Assembly (NCBI GenBank): GCA_965235115.1
Contig: OZ249437.1
Span: 49,104,001-49,168,000, forward strand
Direction: 5' to 3'
Source of the DNA: Laetmonice hystrix
Lineage: Eukaryota
DNA: 64,000 nt
The translations under genes were made by a program, and so were the position numbers. The notes under the pieces are model-generated. The model had not been told where the DNA came from, searched no databases, and saw only the letters and a program-made list of their open reading frames with translations. This document shows, piece after piece, positions 1 through 13,900 of the stretch. Positions within the stretch are counted from its first letter, which is position 1; each line of letters begins with the position of its first letter.

Positions 1-223
1 ATTATACATCTCGGATCAGTCGGCCTGTGTTCCTATAGGTTTCTATCATAGCAGGCTCTCTTTGTGGATCTCAGGCCCATTATACATCTCGGATCAGTCG
101 GCCTGTGTTCCTATAGGTTTCTATCATAGCAGGCTCTCTTTGTGGATCTCAGGCCCATTATACATCTCGGATCAGTCGGCCTGTGTTCCTATAGGTTTCT
201 ATCATAGCAGGCTCTCTTTGTGG
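1..223. repeat. Tandem repeat, 78-bp unit, about 2.9 identical copies (may continue left of the window)
   Basis: Unit attatacatctcggatcag...tcaggccc restarts at 1, 79 and 157. Confidence 0.97.
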
Positions 224-3200
224 CTTGGAAAAAAAACTGGCAGAGTCACAAGCGGCAATGTTTCCAGCCACACCCCATTATGCCGGGCTCAGAAAGGGAT
301 GTCCCACCCACCATAAAATTTCACTTCTAAAAACCATCCGTGTGGTTCGAAAAATACTGGGGGATAACGGTTGCGGAATGTCGGCTCAGCCAAGCTGACA
401 TCGTTCTTGATCTCAGACCGACATTTAATGATTATTCTCTTGTTTCATGTAATCACCTTTATTTCTCATAAACATTTCGGTTATTCACACAAAAGACATG
501 GTCTTCTAACGTCACACACCCCAACCGTCGGCCTGCGCTGGTCGTTCAAACAGTGGAAGCAACAGTAGAGCCTTGTGAACTTGTAACAATAATAAGAGAG
601 AGATAGTATTTCTCTGGTCGGTAAAGTGGTTACGGTTGTCATGGGTGTCACATGGCCACGATTATTTCCTGTTATGTCTCTTCTTCCCGTTTTTGTGCCT
701 CCTCGGAGGAACTACTGGCTGTCTTGTACGACTCTTCTGACATCTGCCTGGCTGCCGAAAGGAGGGGAAGACAATTGGGCAATGACAAAACCATATGAGT
801 GTGGCCTGTCATGTCAGTCTCCCAGGGTTAGGTGATGCTCATTTGTGGGCCGAGCATGTATTGAGTTGCCATCTCACACAGGCTCAAAGGTGAAGAGTCT
901 GGCTGACAGTAGGTTCGTTCGGAGCCTAGCCGGGCCGAGGAGGAGAAGGAGGAGGAGGGGAGGGGAAGGAGGCGAGTCCCAAGTATGTGGTAAGGCTGGT
1001 GACGGCTGACAGACAGGCCAGCTGCCCAGAACAGCTGGCCTCAGCACAACTGGCTCCAGTTACTTCTCACACCGAGACGGCCGTAAGCCGAGCTCACCAT
1101 CAGCCGGCCGCCATCCTTGCCGAGCCCAGCCCTGCTCCACAAACTGGGTGAACTACGATCACCCTCATTCTACCACTGCTAGCACGGATTCTACACATCT
1201 AGAAAACCCTTCCTTTCTCTACTCTTATTAACAATATATTCAAGAAGACAACTTATAAACTGACAGAGGTAGCCGCTTTTCGTTCTGTCATATCCCCAAA
1301 CTTGTGAAATGATACCACTTCTATTCCCATTGGGCATTCACTGACGAGTGGTACCGCTTCTATTGTATGTCTACAGGGGTGTGTGTCTCATAATAGGACA
1401 TCCTGATAACTATTTCCCGATCCTACAATATGTCCTCATAATCCCTGTGTCCACCCTCCTCACACCCCTGGTTAAGTGAAAGGTCATAAACGCCACGGGT
1501 ACAGGCAGACCCGCCATGTGTTTTGAAAACGACGAATTTTCATTCAGTGATATGAAAAAATCGCACTGGGTTGATGGGCTGACTTTACTTATTTTTACTG
1601 GAAAATATACGAACAACTTTTCCTTGCTTATCCTAAAACTAAAAGCTTTTCTTTGAGATATATATTGGTCACTTCCTTCTGAGAATGTTATCCGCGCAGT
1701 ATGTTCTGTCGGTCCCATTGTTCATGCCAAAACCATCTAAAAATAAAAACTCTGTCTCTTAATAGAGTGACAGATTATCTTCTGTCATCACAATCTAACA
1801 TGAATAATACATTTCTGTCAATAGCATCACAGTTGGGACGATTCAAAAATGCATTACCCAGGGCCCGGCTGCACCTGCGTCATTTTGCTGGGAAGTTGAA
1901 CACCTGAGAAGAAGTAATGATTTTTTCAATGGAAAAAAGGGGGGTAAAAGTGCGGGCAAGTAAATGTGTGAGCAGTGATGTCTGTTTGGCAAGTAGTAAG
2001 CCATTGTGAATCCCAGGACACAATCAATGTTTGGTAGTGTCGCCATTCCGTTCTATGAGCAATCTGTACTTGGGAGCCTCTCTGCTGACCGGGGCCACCG
2101 AGATGGCTCTTTTACCTGACTACCTGTAATCATGAGAGGCCGATGACAATGGTGTCCTCGGCCCGCCGGCTGCTGGTTCACAGGCCTGACGCCAATGACC
2201 ACGTGCCACCGTCAGTCTCCCTCCTACTCGGTTTTATTATGAAAGGCCAGCAGGGAGGCACGGCCCCCCGGCCCCTGCTGACTGTCGGACCGGAGACCTT
2301 CTCCTGCCATTGCCAACACGGCAGCCACGTCGTCCCTTTGTCTCGCCTTTAGGGGAGTCTACTGTTATGTTTTTCCAGAAACCGAGATGAACTTTTGCAC
2401 CAGAACTATGTACTCGTGCTTGAAGGCATTCGCCTCATAAGATCTGATTGCGTTCTGGTGTGTTTCACTCATGCGGTTTTATTTCTGTTATTTCTAATGG
2501 AATAATTACAGGCGATCAATTATGAGCTTCATTACAAGGATTCACCACTAAGTGCTTGAAATTTACAGAATCAATATTTCAAACCATCGAAACATTTGTA
2601 ATTACTTTGGAGACAAATCTGGCATGCTCTAATCAGGAAACTATTCAACACATTACTTACATTCCCACTGCTTCTCCCTTCCTCATTTGCACACAACAGG
2701 ACCAATTGTATTTACTCCTCAATGTACCACACAAGCATGCATCTACAGTTTTTGTGTACACGATGTACGTAAAGGTTGTTTCTTTTGTCTCTCTCAGAAA
2801 GTCATAAAGTTCCTATTATGCCTACAACATGGTGTCCGCCCTTCTCGTTTCTCAAAAGCAGCGCCCACGAAGACCTCTTTGTCATAGAAGTCTTGGTGAA
2901 ATTGGTAGCTTGGGGCTTTACCCAGTGACGTCCTCTGATTGTATGGCATGGTTGAGGAGGGTGGGGCTTGAATTGTTCCCCCTTACCTCTGACACCACCA
3001 GCATGGGGCCTGCTCACACCCTGTACGAGCATCCAATGGAAGGATCACATGCTCAAAGTCCTGTTTGAAGTGGCCTCGGTAATAATAATGCCTACCAGTG
3101 GCCCCTATGCTGAGGTCAGCGTGGGAGCCAGGTGCGGGCAGGACGGTTAGCCAGGCCGTGCCCTGCCCCTAGCCCCCCGCCAGCCCTCCCTCCGCTCCAA

Positions 3201-4998
3201 CTAATAGAAGCATTTACAGAGACCAGGCGCCGGGCCGCCAACCTCTTACACATGTGACCTGTGCTCTGTGCTAGCTTCATCACCTCACAAGCCAGCCTCC
3301 CTCATCTAGCCATCCCGTCAACCCAGACAGCCGCCTTCATCACTCGGCCCACTGCCTCTGCTTTCACTTTTTTGATGATGTATTTCCCAGTTCATATTTC
3401 ACCACCACATGCTTTACCTCCCCCACTAAGATATTAATTATTGATCTAGAGGAGGCTAGCTTGTATTTCCTTACATTTTAACTAGCATAAATTTACATCA
3501 AGTCTCAAACGTCAAGCAAATATTATATATCACAATAAATATTTTTCTACTTTGTACAACATTCACATGCATCTTGCATATCAGACGTATTTTGTTTATA
3601 TTTATAGGAAGAACTGTGTCTTTTCTGAGCTGTCGGTCTTTGGAAACTGTAAACCCAGCTCACGTTGGACTAACCTCCCGACAGGAAGTGCACCGATTCT
3701 CTGCACCAAGGCCACGCTACCCCTGGGAAAAGGCAACTGCTTTCCTCAGCAGCCACTTGAAAGTTTAAATGTCAATGAATTATTCCACACCAGATTTTCC
3801 CAACACACGTTTAATTCAATTTACCCCTGGGGTAAATTGATGTAAAACTTCTGAGTAGCCAAGGACTGGGTGCATCTTGCATGGCTTGTCCCTACGGTCT
3901 CCTACATCAACAGTTAACAGTGTGGTGGTGCGGGCCTACATGAGCAGCTTCTTTAACAATTCACACACCCTTCCTCTGCCCCCCCTCCCCGCCCTCAGGG
4001 GGTCCAGGCTCTCTCCTCTTCTCTATCCTTGTCTGATGGCAGGAAGCTACAGGTCCACTGAAGCTATGTCTACAGTTAACCAATCTTCTAACCTCCTCAA
4101 CCAATCCTGCCGTTTTAACCACTCCTGTATGATCGGTATGTCCAGTCCTCATGTACCACCAGTCCTGTCTCTATGACACTTTCTGGCTACCGACGCGGCG
4201 GACCACTGCGAGACGTTCGCCGTCAACAGAAAGTTTTTCTTTCCTTTAAGACAAGCAATCATCCCTCATGGGTGTGCACTCATCTTCCCAATCCCAGACC
4301 AAACCTGGCAGGGCTCACTTGGAAATCAATGCGCTTCGTTTTCCCACATTGTTTCAGACTTCAAAGGCCCAAAAACTGCTGTCTGACGATCGAGAGTTGC
4401 GGCTGGCCATCCCCTCAGTCTGCATCTTGAAAGAGATTTCTCAGGGATGTCCTATTTAGCTTGAACATGTTCCAAAACAGTTAGAAAAGGTCAAGCAGGA
4501 TACAAGGAAAGGTCCCTGCGCAGCAGGAGAGATAAGCACGTAATAGGTCAACATAAAAGAGAGTGTCGACTGCCGGCTGGCCGAGTTCTTGACTGTGTGC
4601 CAACTCACGAATGCCTAACGATGAGTGGTGTACATTTGGGCTTGACCTGCTTTTGCCATTTTCCATCATTCGCAAATTAAATGATGCGTAGTGCAGCTCA
4701 CATAAAGTGTTTCATTTGAAAAGAGCCTCGAAAACCGTTTCAGCCCACATGCTTGGTTACGTGTGTGATGACTGAAGTGGGACCTTGCTTCCTGCACCGG
4801 ACGCCCTTAAGGACCTGCGCAGGCAACAAGTGGTCGCTGAATCTGCCATCAACCCGCTCACCACTAAGGGACTTTTCCAAGTTTTTCCACCCAAATGTCC
4901 CCTCAAGTAACTTTCAAGTATTGCCACATGTGACTGAACATTATGGAGTTCTATCATTTGGCGGTGAACAGCAGTTCTCTCCACACAAGAATGAAGAA

Positions 4999-5206
4999 GG
5001 TGGGTGGGTGGGTGTTTGGGGGTTTACGCCTTGCAACAGCCAGGGTCATATCACGGCGTTGAAGATGATGATGAAAGTCTTGGTAGAGGAAACCGGAGTA
5101 CCCGGAGGAAACCACCGTCCTTCGGGAAGGAACTGACTGACAAACCTTTCACACATGCAGCCCTGGCCAGGGACCGAACCGCAGTGGTGTGAGGAGATGG
5201 TCCTAG
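4999..5206 (-). mobile_element. tRNA-derived SINE with a conserved central domain (V/Deu/Nin/Meta-type superfamily), apparently 5'-truncated
   Basis: Minus strand reads a B-box-like ggttcggtccc, then the core ggtggtttcctccgggtactccggtttcctc, then a 3' end ...gccgtgatatg...ggcgtaaacccc and a (CCCA)n tail. This layout is typical of invertebrate, notably mollusc, SINEs. Exact superfamily not resolved. Confidence 0.8.
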
Positions 5207-5316
5207 GTGTCATGAGCAAACACCTTAGACCACTCGGCCACCCAAGGCCCCCGAATGAAGAAGGAGAAGGAAAGACTGTAGCGATTGTTGTGAAGGTGAT
5301 TTGAAGGTGAACTTAC

Positions 5317-5523
5317 TGCTGTGAGTGCCTTGCCGAGGGCGTCGCCCGTCTGTGAGCCCCCACCCTGTTGATGGGGTGCGCCGACCATGTCCGAGCCGTT
5401 GATGGTTGGTGAGGTGCTAGGGTAGCCTGAGGAGGAGCTCGGCGGCATCGTACTCCCCCGGAACGTGGACATGGGAGGAAGCCCGGACATCACCTCGTGG
5501 TTGGGTGACATAGTGTGGTAACC
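5317..5523 (-). CDS. TCF4/TCF12/da: E-protein exon (207 nt, phase 0 to 0): GYHTMSPNHEVMSGLPPMSTF...SQTGDALGKALTA, leading into the AD2 region
   Basis: Acceptor gttgtgttgcag|, donor GCA|gtaagt. LPPMSTF and SQTGDALGKAL are hallmark TCF4/TCF12 motifs. Confidence 0.97.
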
Positions 5524-6133
5524 CTGCAACACAACATCCAAACATTAACTGGGGACAGACAGCGTTAAATGGAAACTAAACGTATACACAAATACACATA
5601 CAGATAGGGAGGCTGATACTGAACAGACTAATATTATTGACAAAGAGCAGATTATCAGGGAGTAGGTTATTGGTTGTATACATGTGTGTTTCAGTGTGGT
5701 TGAAACCAACCAACCAACGACACCCATCAATCGTGTTAGATCCTAGGCCAATAGGTCAGATAATTCTGTTGTTTTTTCCCTAGGCTAATAGGTAACATTA
5801 GCAGGGAAAAGGGCGCACATGTTTCCGTTTTTATGAATTGGAACTTTGACATGTTGAGGATGGAGCAGTAGAAGCATCCAATGGGCCATATGTTAGTGAT
5901 TGGACGAGTACTCCAGATGATATTCTGGCCTCGTGCCGGTGGTAATCGGGGCAGGTGGGCTCATCTCCATCACTGGATGCAGCAGCAGCAGCCACAGCCG
6001 ACATGACACACCTGCAAGCCTTACTCTGTGAAGACACTGTGTCATTGCCATCTGGGTCAGCCAGCCAGCCAGCCAGCCGTCCGTCCATGGACCAGCAGTA
6101 TCCCATCAGTTGCAGGCGCCGTTATGTGTGCCA

Positions 6134-6549
6134 GTGATCAGCTGATCACCACCAGCAGGTGCCCCCTGTTACAGTAGTAGAGGCCGGGGGGTGGAGGACC
6201 CTCAGCTGCTCCTGTTGATAATGCTACCTCTAATATGTCTGTGGTGGTGGTGGGTGGGTGAGGCCTGCTGCCGGGCTGGTGCTGGCTGGGCACGTGGACA
6301 GGTGCACGGGCAGGTGTTTAAGTCGGTCACACTCATTGCTGCTCCATTCACACATGTTATATGTACGGGTATGTGATGGGCATGCCATTTAGTCAGCTGG
6401 TTTGGGGTCCCAATAAAGAGGACACTGACCTGATCAGCTGGCACTACGCTCAACTGTTACTACCCAAACCTGCTGGAAACCATATTGTACACAGAAGTGT
6501 TCCAGGCGAAGGCCAGCGCAGTTTAACCCCTCCCAATAACCCCCAGCTG
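6134..6549. promoter_or_regulatory. Homotypic E-box cluster (5 CAGCTG, 3 CAGGTG, 1 CACGTG), candidate intronic enhancer
   Basis: CAGCTG at 6139, 6203, 6394, 6435, 6544; CAGGTG at 6156, 6299, 6311; CACGTG at 6291. Confidence 0.5.
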
Positions 6550-9500
6550 TCCGACACGATTTCTACCGCCTCTGGCACCACTGTACTCCTTCAGTCATAT
6601 ACAAGAACCATGACCTCAGGTTGGCCTCAGTTAGCGGTAGTAAATATAGTAACCTAAATCACTGGGGCGCCCTGATAACGTCCCTTCATCCCTGGTGGTC
6701 GGTCCAGCTAGTTCGATCGTTGGTAGAGATTTAACATGCTTACAGAAATGTTCTCTCATTTTTCTCTTTCAGAACATTCTCTCCCGGACAGCAGTTGAGA
6801 GACCCGTCCTCCAAACTCTCCCTAGATGTGAATTTAACCCACCATCACCATGCTGTAAGGTGTGTTCACACCCGACCACATCAAAGCGTGGCCTCAGGTG
6901 GGCCTACCATCACTGTATCACCACACGCCGCCGGGTTCCAGTTACCTGACGACATCAAGGACTCCACCTCCCGAACCACCTCCACAACTACCGTCAAGGT
7001 CCCCATTACAAAAACAATGTGTCTTAGTGGCCATTGAGTGCGGCCTCTTATCGTTTGTCCGTTCAATGACTGTAGAGGAGTAATGAACCACATTAGGCGG
7101 TGTTTTGTGTACAAAGACTGGGGATGAGTCACACAGAAGGCGGTCTCGGAGACGTACGGCGGGGCCGAGCAGATCTCGCCGGGGCACAGTTCGCTCACCG
7201 ACCGGGGCACTCAGTGAGTGTGGTCAGGATCTCGCTGATAATCCTGAACGGGAGGAACCACACGGGGGTCAGCCTTCTCCCGACTCTAACCCGGTGACAC
7301 TCAACTCTTTGTTCCTCCTGTCTGTGACAGGAAGCAGTGACGACCCCTGGATACACCCAGCGGTTGTAGTACAGAAACTGGTACGCTATGCTCCGACTGA
7401 CTGACCGGGATCTACGACCAATGACCTCACTCAGACTGACCTCTGAGGGTTTCCATCACTACGGGCCCAGCAAACCCTGGTCCCTTACAATATCTCAGCT
7501 ACCGGTGGCCCAACTTCCTTCAACACAAGCCAGAGTCTGAGGGCAATGGTAAAAACATTTCCAAAATACAAATAGGTTGGCAGACTGTGCCAACAGTAAT
7601 GGTTGTATACTTGGGTTCTCCTTTCGCCCAAGCCGACTCCTGGCCCCGTTTTTGGAGCAGGGCTTGAGTCGAAATTTATTTCTCAAGCTCATGAGCTAGC
7701 TGTATGCTTTCAAAAAAAACTGGGTCCTGATCATGCAAGTCTCCTGAGAAGGGTGTGATCCTCTGGGACACGTGCACGTCGTCCTGAGCAGCCTCATCCG
7801 TCTCCTCCTTAGACCCTCATCTCTTTCTCTGATCAGCATCCTGTCCGAACCCCTCCTCTATCTGACCCCAGGTTGATCAATCAATTTGTCGGCCCCACAG
7901 TTGGTCGGACCTGTGCCGTTCTCCAGATCTCTGGTTTGAATTTACTGTTTGGATATGCGGCCACTGAGGCAAACTTTGTTGTTTATTGATCTGTTGTCCA
8001 ATCGATACTACTCAACATTCAGTGGTCACCTCTGGGCCGTACAATCCTGGGCCTCAGCCATATGGTAATCAATGGAACTTGGCCTTTAACACTGTCCATC
8101 CATTGCACCCCACGCTCCTACCCCACACAATACGGCCCGTTTTATCATATACAGCGACGTTAGTACGGATGTAACAGATGGTTTGACTCAACAATATTGT
8201 GTACGTTTACTGAGCGCAAAAATATAGCCAACGATAACTAGGCATTTATGTAGATTCTAAAAATATGCTTTGCATCTAAATAGCTATAGATGAAGTCAAT
8301 ATACATCTTGCATGATCCCACATGATCTTGTCAGCTGCACCATGTAGCTGAGGTCTACGACCGTCTGATACACGTCAGACCTGACCAGCCGAATACGGTC
8401 GCTCCAGTTGTAGTCTGGACCTCACCCACACCATGGAGCCGACGCCCTGCCCCTTCCAATTGATCCCAGTCCGACGTGTTATCACTGGCTAATACAGCGG
8501 ACAGCAGTGGCGACAATCCGGGCCGCACTTCAACCTTGGCCAGACGTTCAGCTTCCAACAATCAGCTGTCTGCAGGTTTCTACCCAACATTCAGGTTTTA
8601 CTCCATGGACTGAGTTCTAATTGTTAGATTCACATCCTAATAGACATTTACTTTACTTTGAAGCCTACAGGGACAAGACGACGGACTCTAGGCCCTGATA
8701 GGGGCCTCGCAATAAACTGGACTTAAGGCGAGTCAATACTGTGCTGGAACGAGAGTGTGACTCCAAGGTTTTTTGGTTTCCACTGATGTACGGAATTTGA
8801 GAATTCGTTTCCTTATGTTCGCTTTCCGCCTGTTTACTGCTACACCCCAATTGGCAATCTTTGTTTTGCAGTCTTTCAATTCGTTCCGAGTTGATGACGC
8901 TCCCAATTCTTTTCGATCTACTCCTATTCCCTGGTCCAATATAAGCGTAGGCCTACATGCCAACATATTCTCTCCTTTACTTTTTTTCATTTGTCTATAG
9001 TCCTTTAAAGACATCAAACAACAATTTTTAATATTTGCTAAAAAGCCTCCTAGCATACATTATTATACAAGTAAAGGTGTTGGCCTTGTGTGGGATGAGG
9101 TGTGCGTGGCAGGTCAGGGCCGGCTGTGTCGTATCACAGTTATGGACGTGTTACGTTATGATCCCTATACATGGTATCTCGGTGACATTGTGAAGCGTCA
9201 GCCCACACGGGTGGCGCCGTTCTCCACCCAACTCTTGTTGCCACCTCGTCTCTAGGAGTGGCGCTCACACATGTGTACCGTGCCTATGTTACGTGTCGTG
9301 CCGTGTTTAAGTGTGTCCCCGGATCCGATAACTTGCCCCACCTTACGTTTCTGCCTGCCCGAGATGCCAGGCGGGCCCGGTACCGAGGTACAGCCAGGCC
9401 GGGCTGCCTGCCGTCAGCTGAGCTCCGGCTGGCGGGTCGAGACGGGACTCGTGTACGAATAACACGCACCACCCAACGTCTCGGCCAACCAACGCTTACA

Positions 9501-10837
9501 GCAACACTCAGGTGACAGCATGGAACGCTACAAAACTTTATATTGTCGCCGTTTCTTAAAACAAATGACATTAAATTGATTGAATCTCTTTCCTTTCTTA
9601 AATCTCTCCCACACGCCGTGGAATGATCACGCCTTCGTTAGGCCTTCCGACTAACAAAATGTGCTCACAGGAAGAAGGAAGGTGAAGAATAAAGAAGGGG
9701 GGCTATACAGAAGAGAGCAGTTAAAACCGTTCAAATATACAAACTGATACCGTTAAAATACATGTCTTCCAAACCCTCTTGGTACCACTGCACTTCATGG
9801 TACTCATCACGTTTCCAGCGTAATGTTTTGGATCGATTGAATGGATTGACCAAAAGCCGCGGAGAAAATGTCATTACTTTTTTTTCCTTTCAAAGAGACA
9901 TTTCTTGGCAACTCGTACGCTGCGCAGCTTGAGCCTCTATCGTTAAACTGCTCCTGTTTTTCTCTTTCATTTATTAACTTGGTGTTTGTTTAGGCTGTTC
10001 CTGCTTCCTGTGTCGACTTTGTTTCACATTTACACAGTCCATGAAGCATGATTCAGCTGCTTTTAGAAGCACATCTCTAGCAGGCTAAAGCCAAATCACA
10101 CATCCCGGCGAAAACATGTTTTTTTTCTGTCTTGTAGCCTACGATCCCGCTGAAGCACTCCTCTTATCGCCCTGCACCCAATGGGGCGGAGCTAGGGCTC
10201 ACATAGGGCGAACTTATAAGTAGGACCTCAGCCCTTGGGTAGGAGCTAACCATGAGATTCACGCCGGCTATCACCAAGGTGATCTCTAGTCTGAGACGTT
10301 ACGTACTTCCCGGGAGCACACGGCATGATTTCTGACTATAGACTACCAAGCTTATTGGTGGCTCATATTGGACATCACTCGAACGAGACATGAGGGGAAA
10401 GAAACCGATCACATAAATTGATTCTGCCAAAAGCTCTCGTAACACTTCCATTGATATTATAGGAGCCTGGCTGTGACTATCCTAACAGCAGTTAGTCGAT
10501 AGAGGCAATACCCTTTTTTCACTACCAGACAAATGGTTTCGGTCTTGATATCTTTGTCAAACAGTTTACATTTGAAGGCCATTATACAACACTTACACAA
10601 CATTAACAACGAACACATCCACACTAACATGTTGTGGTGTTAAAGCTATTGAAACGTACGGCTACGCAACACTCATAAACCAATATATTCTAACTTTCGG
10701 AAACATTACAATGCATTGAATGTAGACTTGCCTTCTATTATCCATGGAATAAAAATGCACCTTTAATTTTTTTCTTTACTAAAGCCTTTCTAATCACTTA
10801 GGATTTGATAAAGAAAAGGAAAGTCACAATCACTTAC

Positions 10838-10986
10838 CATTGGGTCTCGGGGATGTGGCATGTACGAAGTTGCCTGGGAGTACTGGGAGCCCGAACTATT
10901 ATGTATCATCGCCGAAGGATAACTCGACGTCGGTAAACTGTTGTTCGTAGGCATGGACCACGGGTCGGAGTTGTGGGGCGCACCGT
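10838..10986 (-). CDS. TCF4/TCF12/da: E-protein exon (149 nt, phase 1 to 0): DGAPHNSDPWSMPTNNSLPTSSYPSAMIHNSSGSQYSQATSYMPHPRDPM
   Basis: Acceptor ctttgttttggcag|, donor ATG|gtaagt. Matches TCF4 DGHHSSDPWS...HPHERL. Confidence 0.95.
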
Positions 10987-13900
10987 CTGCCAAAACAAAG
11001 CAACACAGTGAGAACACTGCAGATACAGCAAACCACGATCACCCAGGCGACGGCGCCCTCGGCCGTCTGAAAGCTCGCCCCTCCACCCATCTTCTTCCCT
11101 TCAGGTCCTCACGGCTTGCACTCCAAGCAGGACGGTCAGCGCCGGGTGGCCGGCCGACGGCACCAGGCTCGGACAGCACTCGGCTGTCCCTCGGTCTTGC
11201 TGCTAACACCAGAGTTGAAACCAAAATGTTCAATATCATGTGTCCTCAAACACTGCTTGCTACAATCTTCACCAAAGTCTAACCACGTTCAATCTAATCC
11301 GACTCGTCGAAACCCTCGATCTGTATGATGCTGCTCCCGACTGTCCTCACTGCCCACACTGAGGAACCAACTGGAGAAGCTCCTCACCACCGCAGGCCGG
11401 TCTGGCCGGCCGGCCGGTTGGTCTCTGTATATTAGATAGTGTGAATGGCTCCTCACTGGCCGCTGGTGCTGGCCTGATCTGGCCAACCTCCCAAACTAAC
11501 ATCAATCACTGAAGCTCCCCGCCGGTGTTTTCCACGAGTGACTGATTCTGGTGTTCTCAAAGCTACTTCTGTCCAAACTAATCCACAGACAAGGTCCTAC
11601 CAAGACCCTCGATTTTGACCACAGAGGTGCCTGGAGGACACCTGTGCTTACATCTGTCCTGAAGGGGTTGGAAGAAAGACAACCCCAGGAGGCCCAGTAT
11701 CTGAGAGGTGTCTATCTGGAGGAGACGAATTCATAATCTTGTGTGACCCAAAAAAAAACTGTAAGCGGAAATCTCCCCTCTGTGACCCATCAGAATAATC
11801 CTCGGGCCTGTATCTACCGCGGTCTGGACCAGCCCACCTCACCCGTATTTATGTATTCTCTCTATGTCCGGCCAATTTGGCTGACATATTGTGGCAGGTT
11901 GGTCCATTTACAGAACTGGACAATATCTCACCCTTGTGAACACGAGATGAGCGCAAAACATCAACTCGTAACGCCAGCGGATGGAAAGCTTCTTTTCCAT
12001 TCGTCCATAAAATGATTCCGAGGACTCTATCTCTGGTCAGGCTCAACTGCCATTATTGGGCTTTCGTCCAGGAACACGTCCCTGAATGGAATCAGTAGCC
12101 ATGGCCTTGGGAATTCATGCATTCATTGGGTGGCAGGACGGAGCTGTTAAAGTGCCATTTGTGGAGTTGATGGAGGCGATCAGGTTGTCACAAGTGACCA
12201 CTTGTCAACCGATACCGACTGGTCGTCTATCCGTGATCCCTGTCCCAAGGTTATCGTCTCCAACCACTAAAAGTGGTCACTACTTGCCTGAGTTGAATAA
12301 CTACTCTCACCCAGTACTGGTACCGACCGCGCCACCCTCATTGTCTGCCGGGTGGAGGGCCGTCAAACATGTCATTGCTCTGTATGGATGAGGCCTGTAA
12401 ATGGCTTCGAGAGCCACAATCGCCATGTATCCGGCATAAAGAAGCTGGCTACACGCCCCAGACAATCCTGCGACAGGCTACAGCCGACGATACCAACAAC
12501 TGGTCAACCAATCCAACTGACAGCTCAATCACACCAGGCACGACTTCAGACAAAATCAATTTTGTGGGGCCAATTTCCATAAAGGCGGCTTGAGTGGAGT
12601 TTTATTGAGATCACCCTGAACCATCGGGAAAGAGCGGCGTGGTGCTGGCCGGGCGAGGCTACTGGAGGAGGCCAGGCGGAGCTCGGCCCCGTGTGGCACG
12701 GCTGAGGTACGGTTCATGGACCACAGGCACCGACCCAACATTCTTATAGATCCCCTTCTCCTCACAGTCTAACCTGCCAACCAAACCGACACAATATGGA
12801 TCGAAATATCTGTAGACCTCCCCGAGAAAACCACTTCATCGATTCACCCACTTCAATTCCCGTGAAGGCTCCTATCATGGAAGGAGAGATAACAATTTTG
12901 TGCTGGTTAATTTACCATGCCTTCCGACAACTACTTTTTCCGCTCAAGTCTCGCATGCAAACAGTGGCTCATAATCTCTGCTCGAGGCCGGCTATAAAAC
13001 CAGAGTCACAAAGAAGCTGTCCCACTTTCCGATAATTCGACAGTAATTAATCATCTCGAAAATCTCTCTAAATCTCTACTTTATGATGATTTTTCTCCCC
13101 TTCTGATCACAAAGCAAACGTACTCCGAGCCTCATCATTCCTTGCCTTCTTAGTCGCCGCAATATTCCCATACAGGCGCTATCTTTCAGCCTGGGTAGTA
13201 CTGCACCTGATTGGAATTCATATGCCCATTTATTAACAGGGGCACTCATGAGAAACCACCAGATTCTCACTTGACAAGCGGGCCGTAGCTAGCTTTCTAC
13301 ACACACGTTAGCACATGACTTAAAACATTAAACCAGACAGGAAACTTTAGAATCTCATAATGGCAGAAACAATTAAGTTGATCCTAATCTTTCCTTTTTT
13401 GCCAGTAGATTGAATCGGAAGTCTGTACCCCCAGCCGACCCATCATCCACGTGGTGGACACAAATTTAGACGAGTACCATCCTATGAAGTTATACCTCTT
13501 ATAAAGAGCATCCCATACCTAAAGTCACACCCATGACTGGAAGTGTGGTCTACATTAGGCTACTAATGTAGACAGTACATGAAACCAGATGTTAGTAGCG
13601 TAAATGGTTCGAGTTAACCACTGACACAGTCAGCCATACGGCATGTCCACTTCGGAGACAGCTGTGCATGGCTCTACCCGCACGGACCATCCCTCCAACC
13701 ATTTCACCAATATCACTTCATCAATATGTCACCATCGTTTAAACGACAACTGATTTCATTAGACTTCACATCTCAATGTCAAACCAACAGAGGTCTTTTA
13801 CAACAAAGTTACATGTCGGTGGCAAGCCTTGGCCTCTTATAAAGATACCACTTCCTTTCACGGTCAATGCTTCCTCAATGTCACCAAAGCCCTACATTTT

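Noticed and set aside
5203-5541. ORF-track 112-aa ORF taken as a whole protein
   Set aside because: Only 5317-5523 is exon; the flanks are intron read-through.
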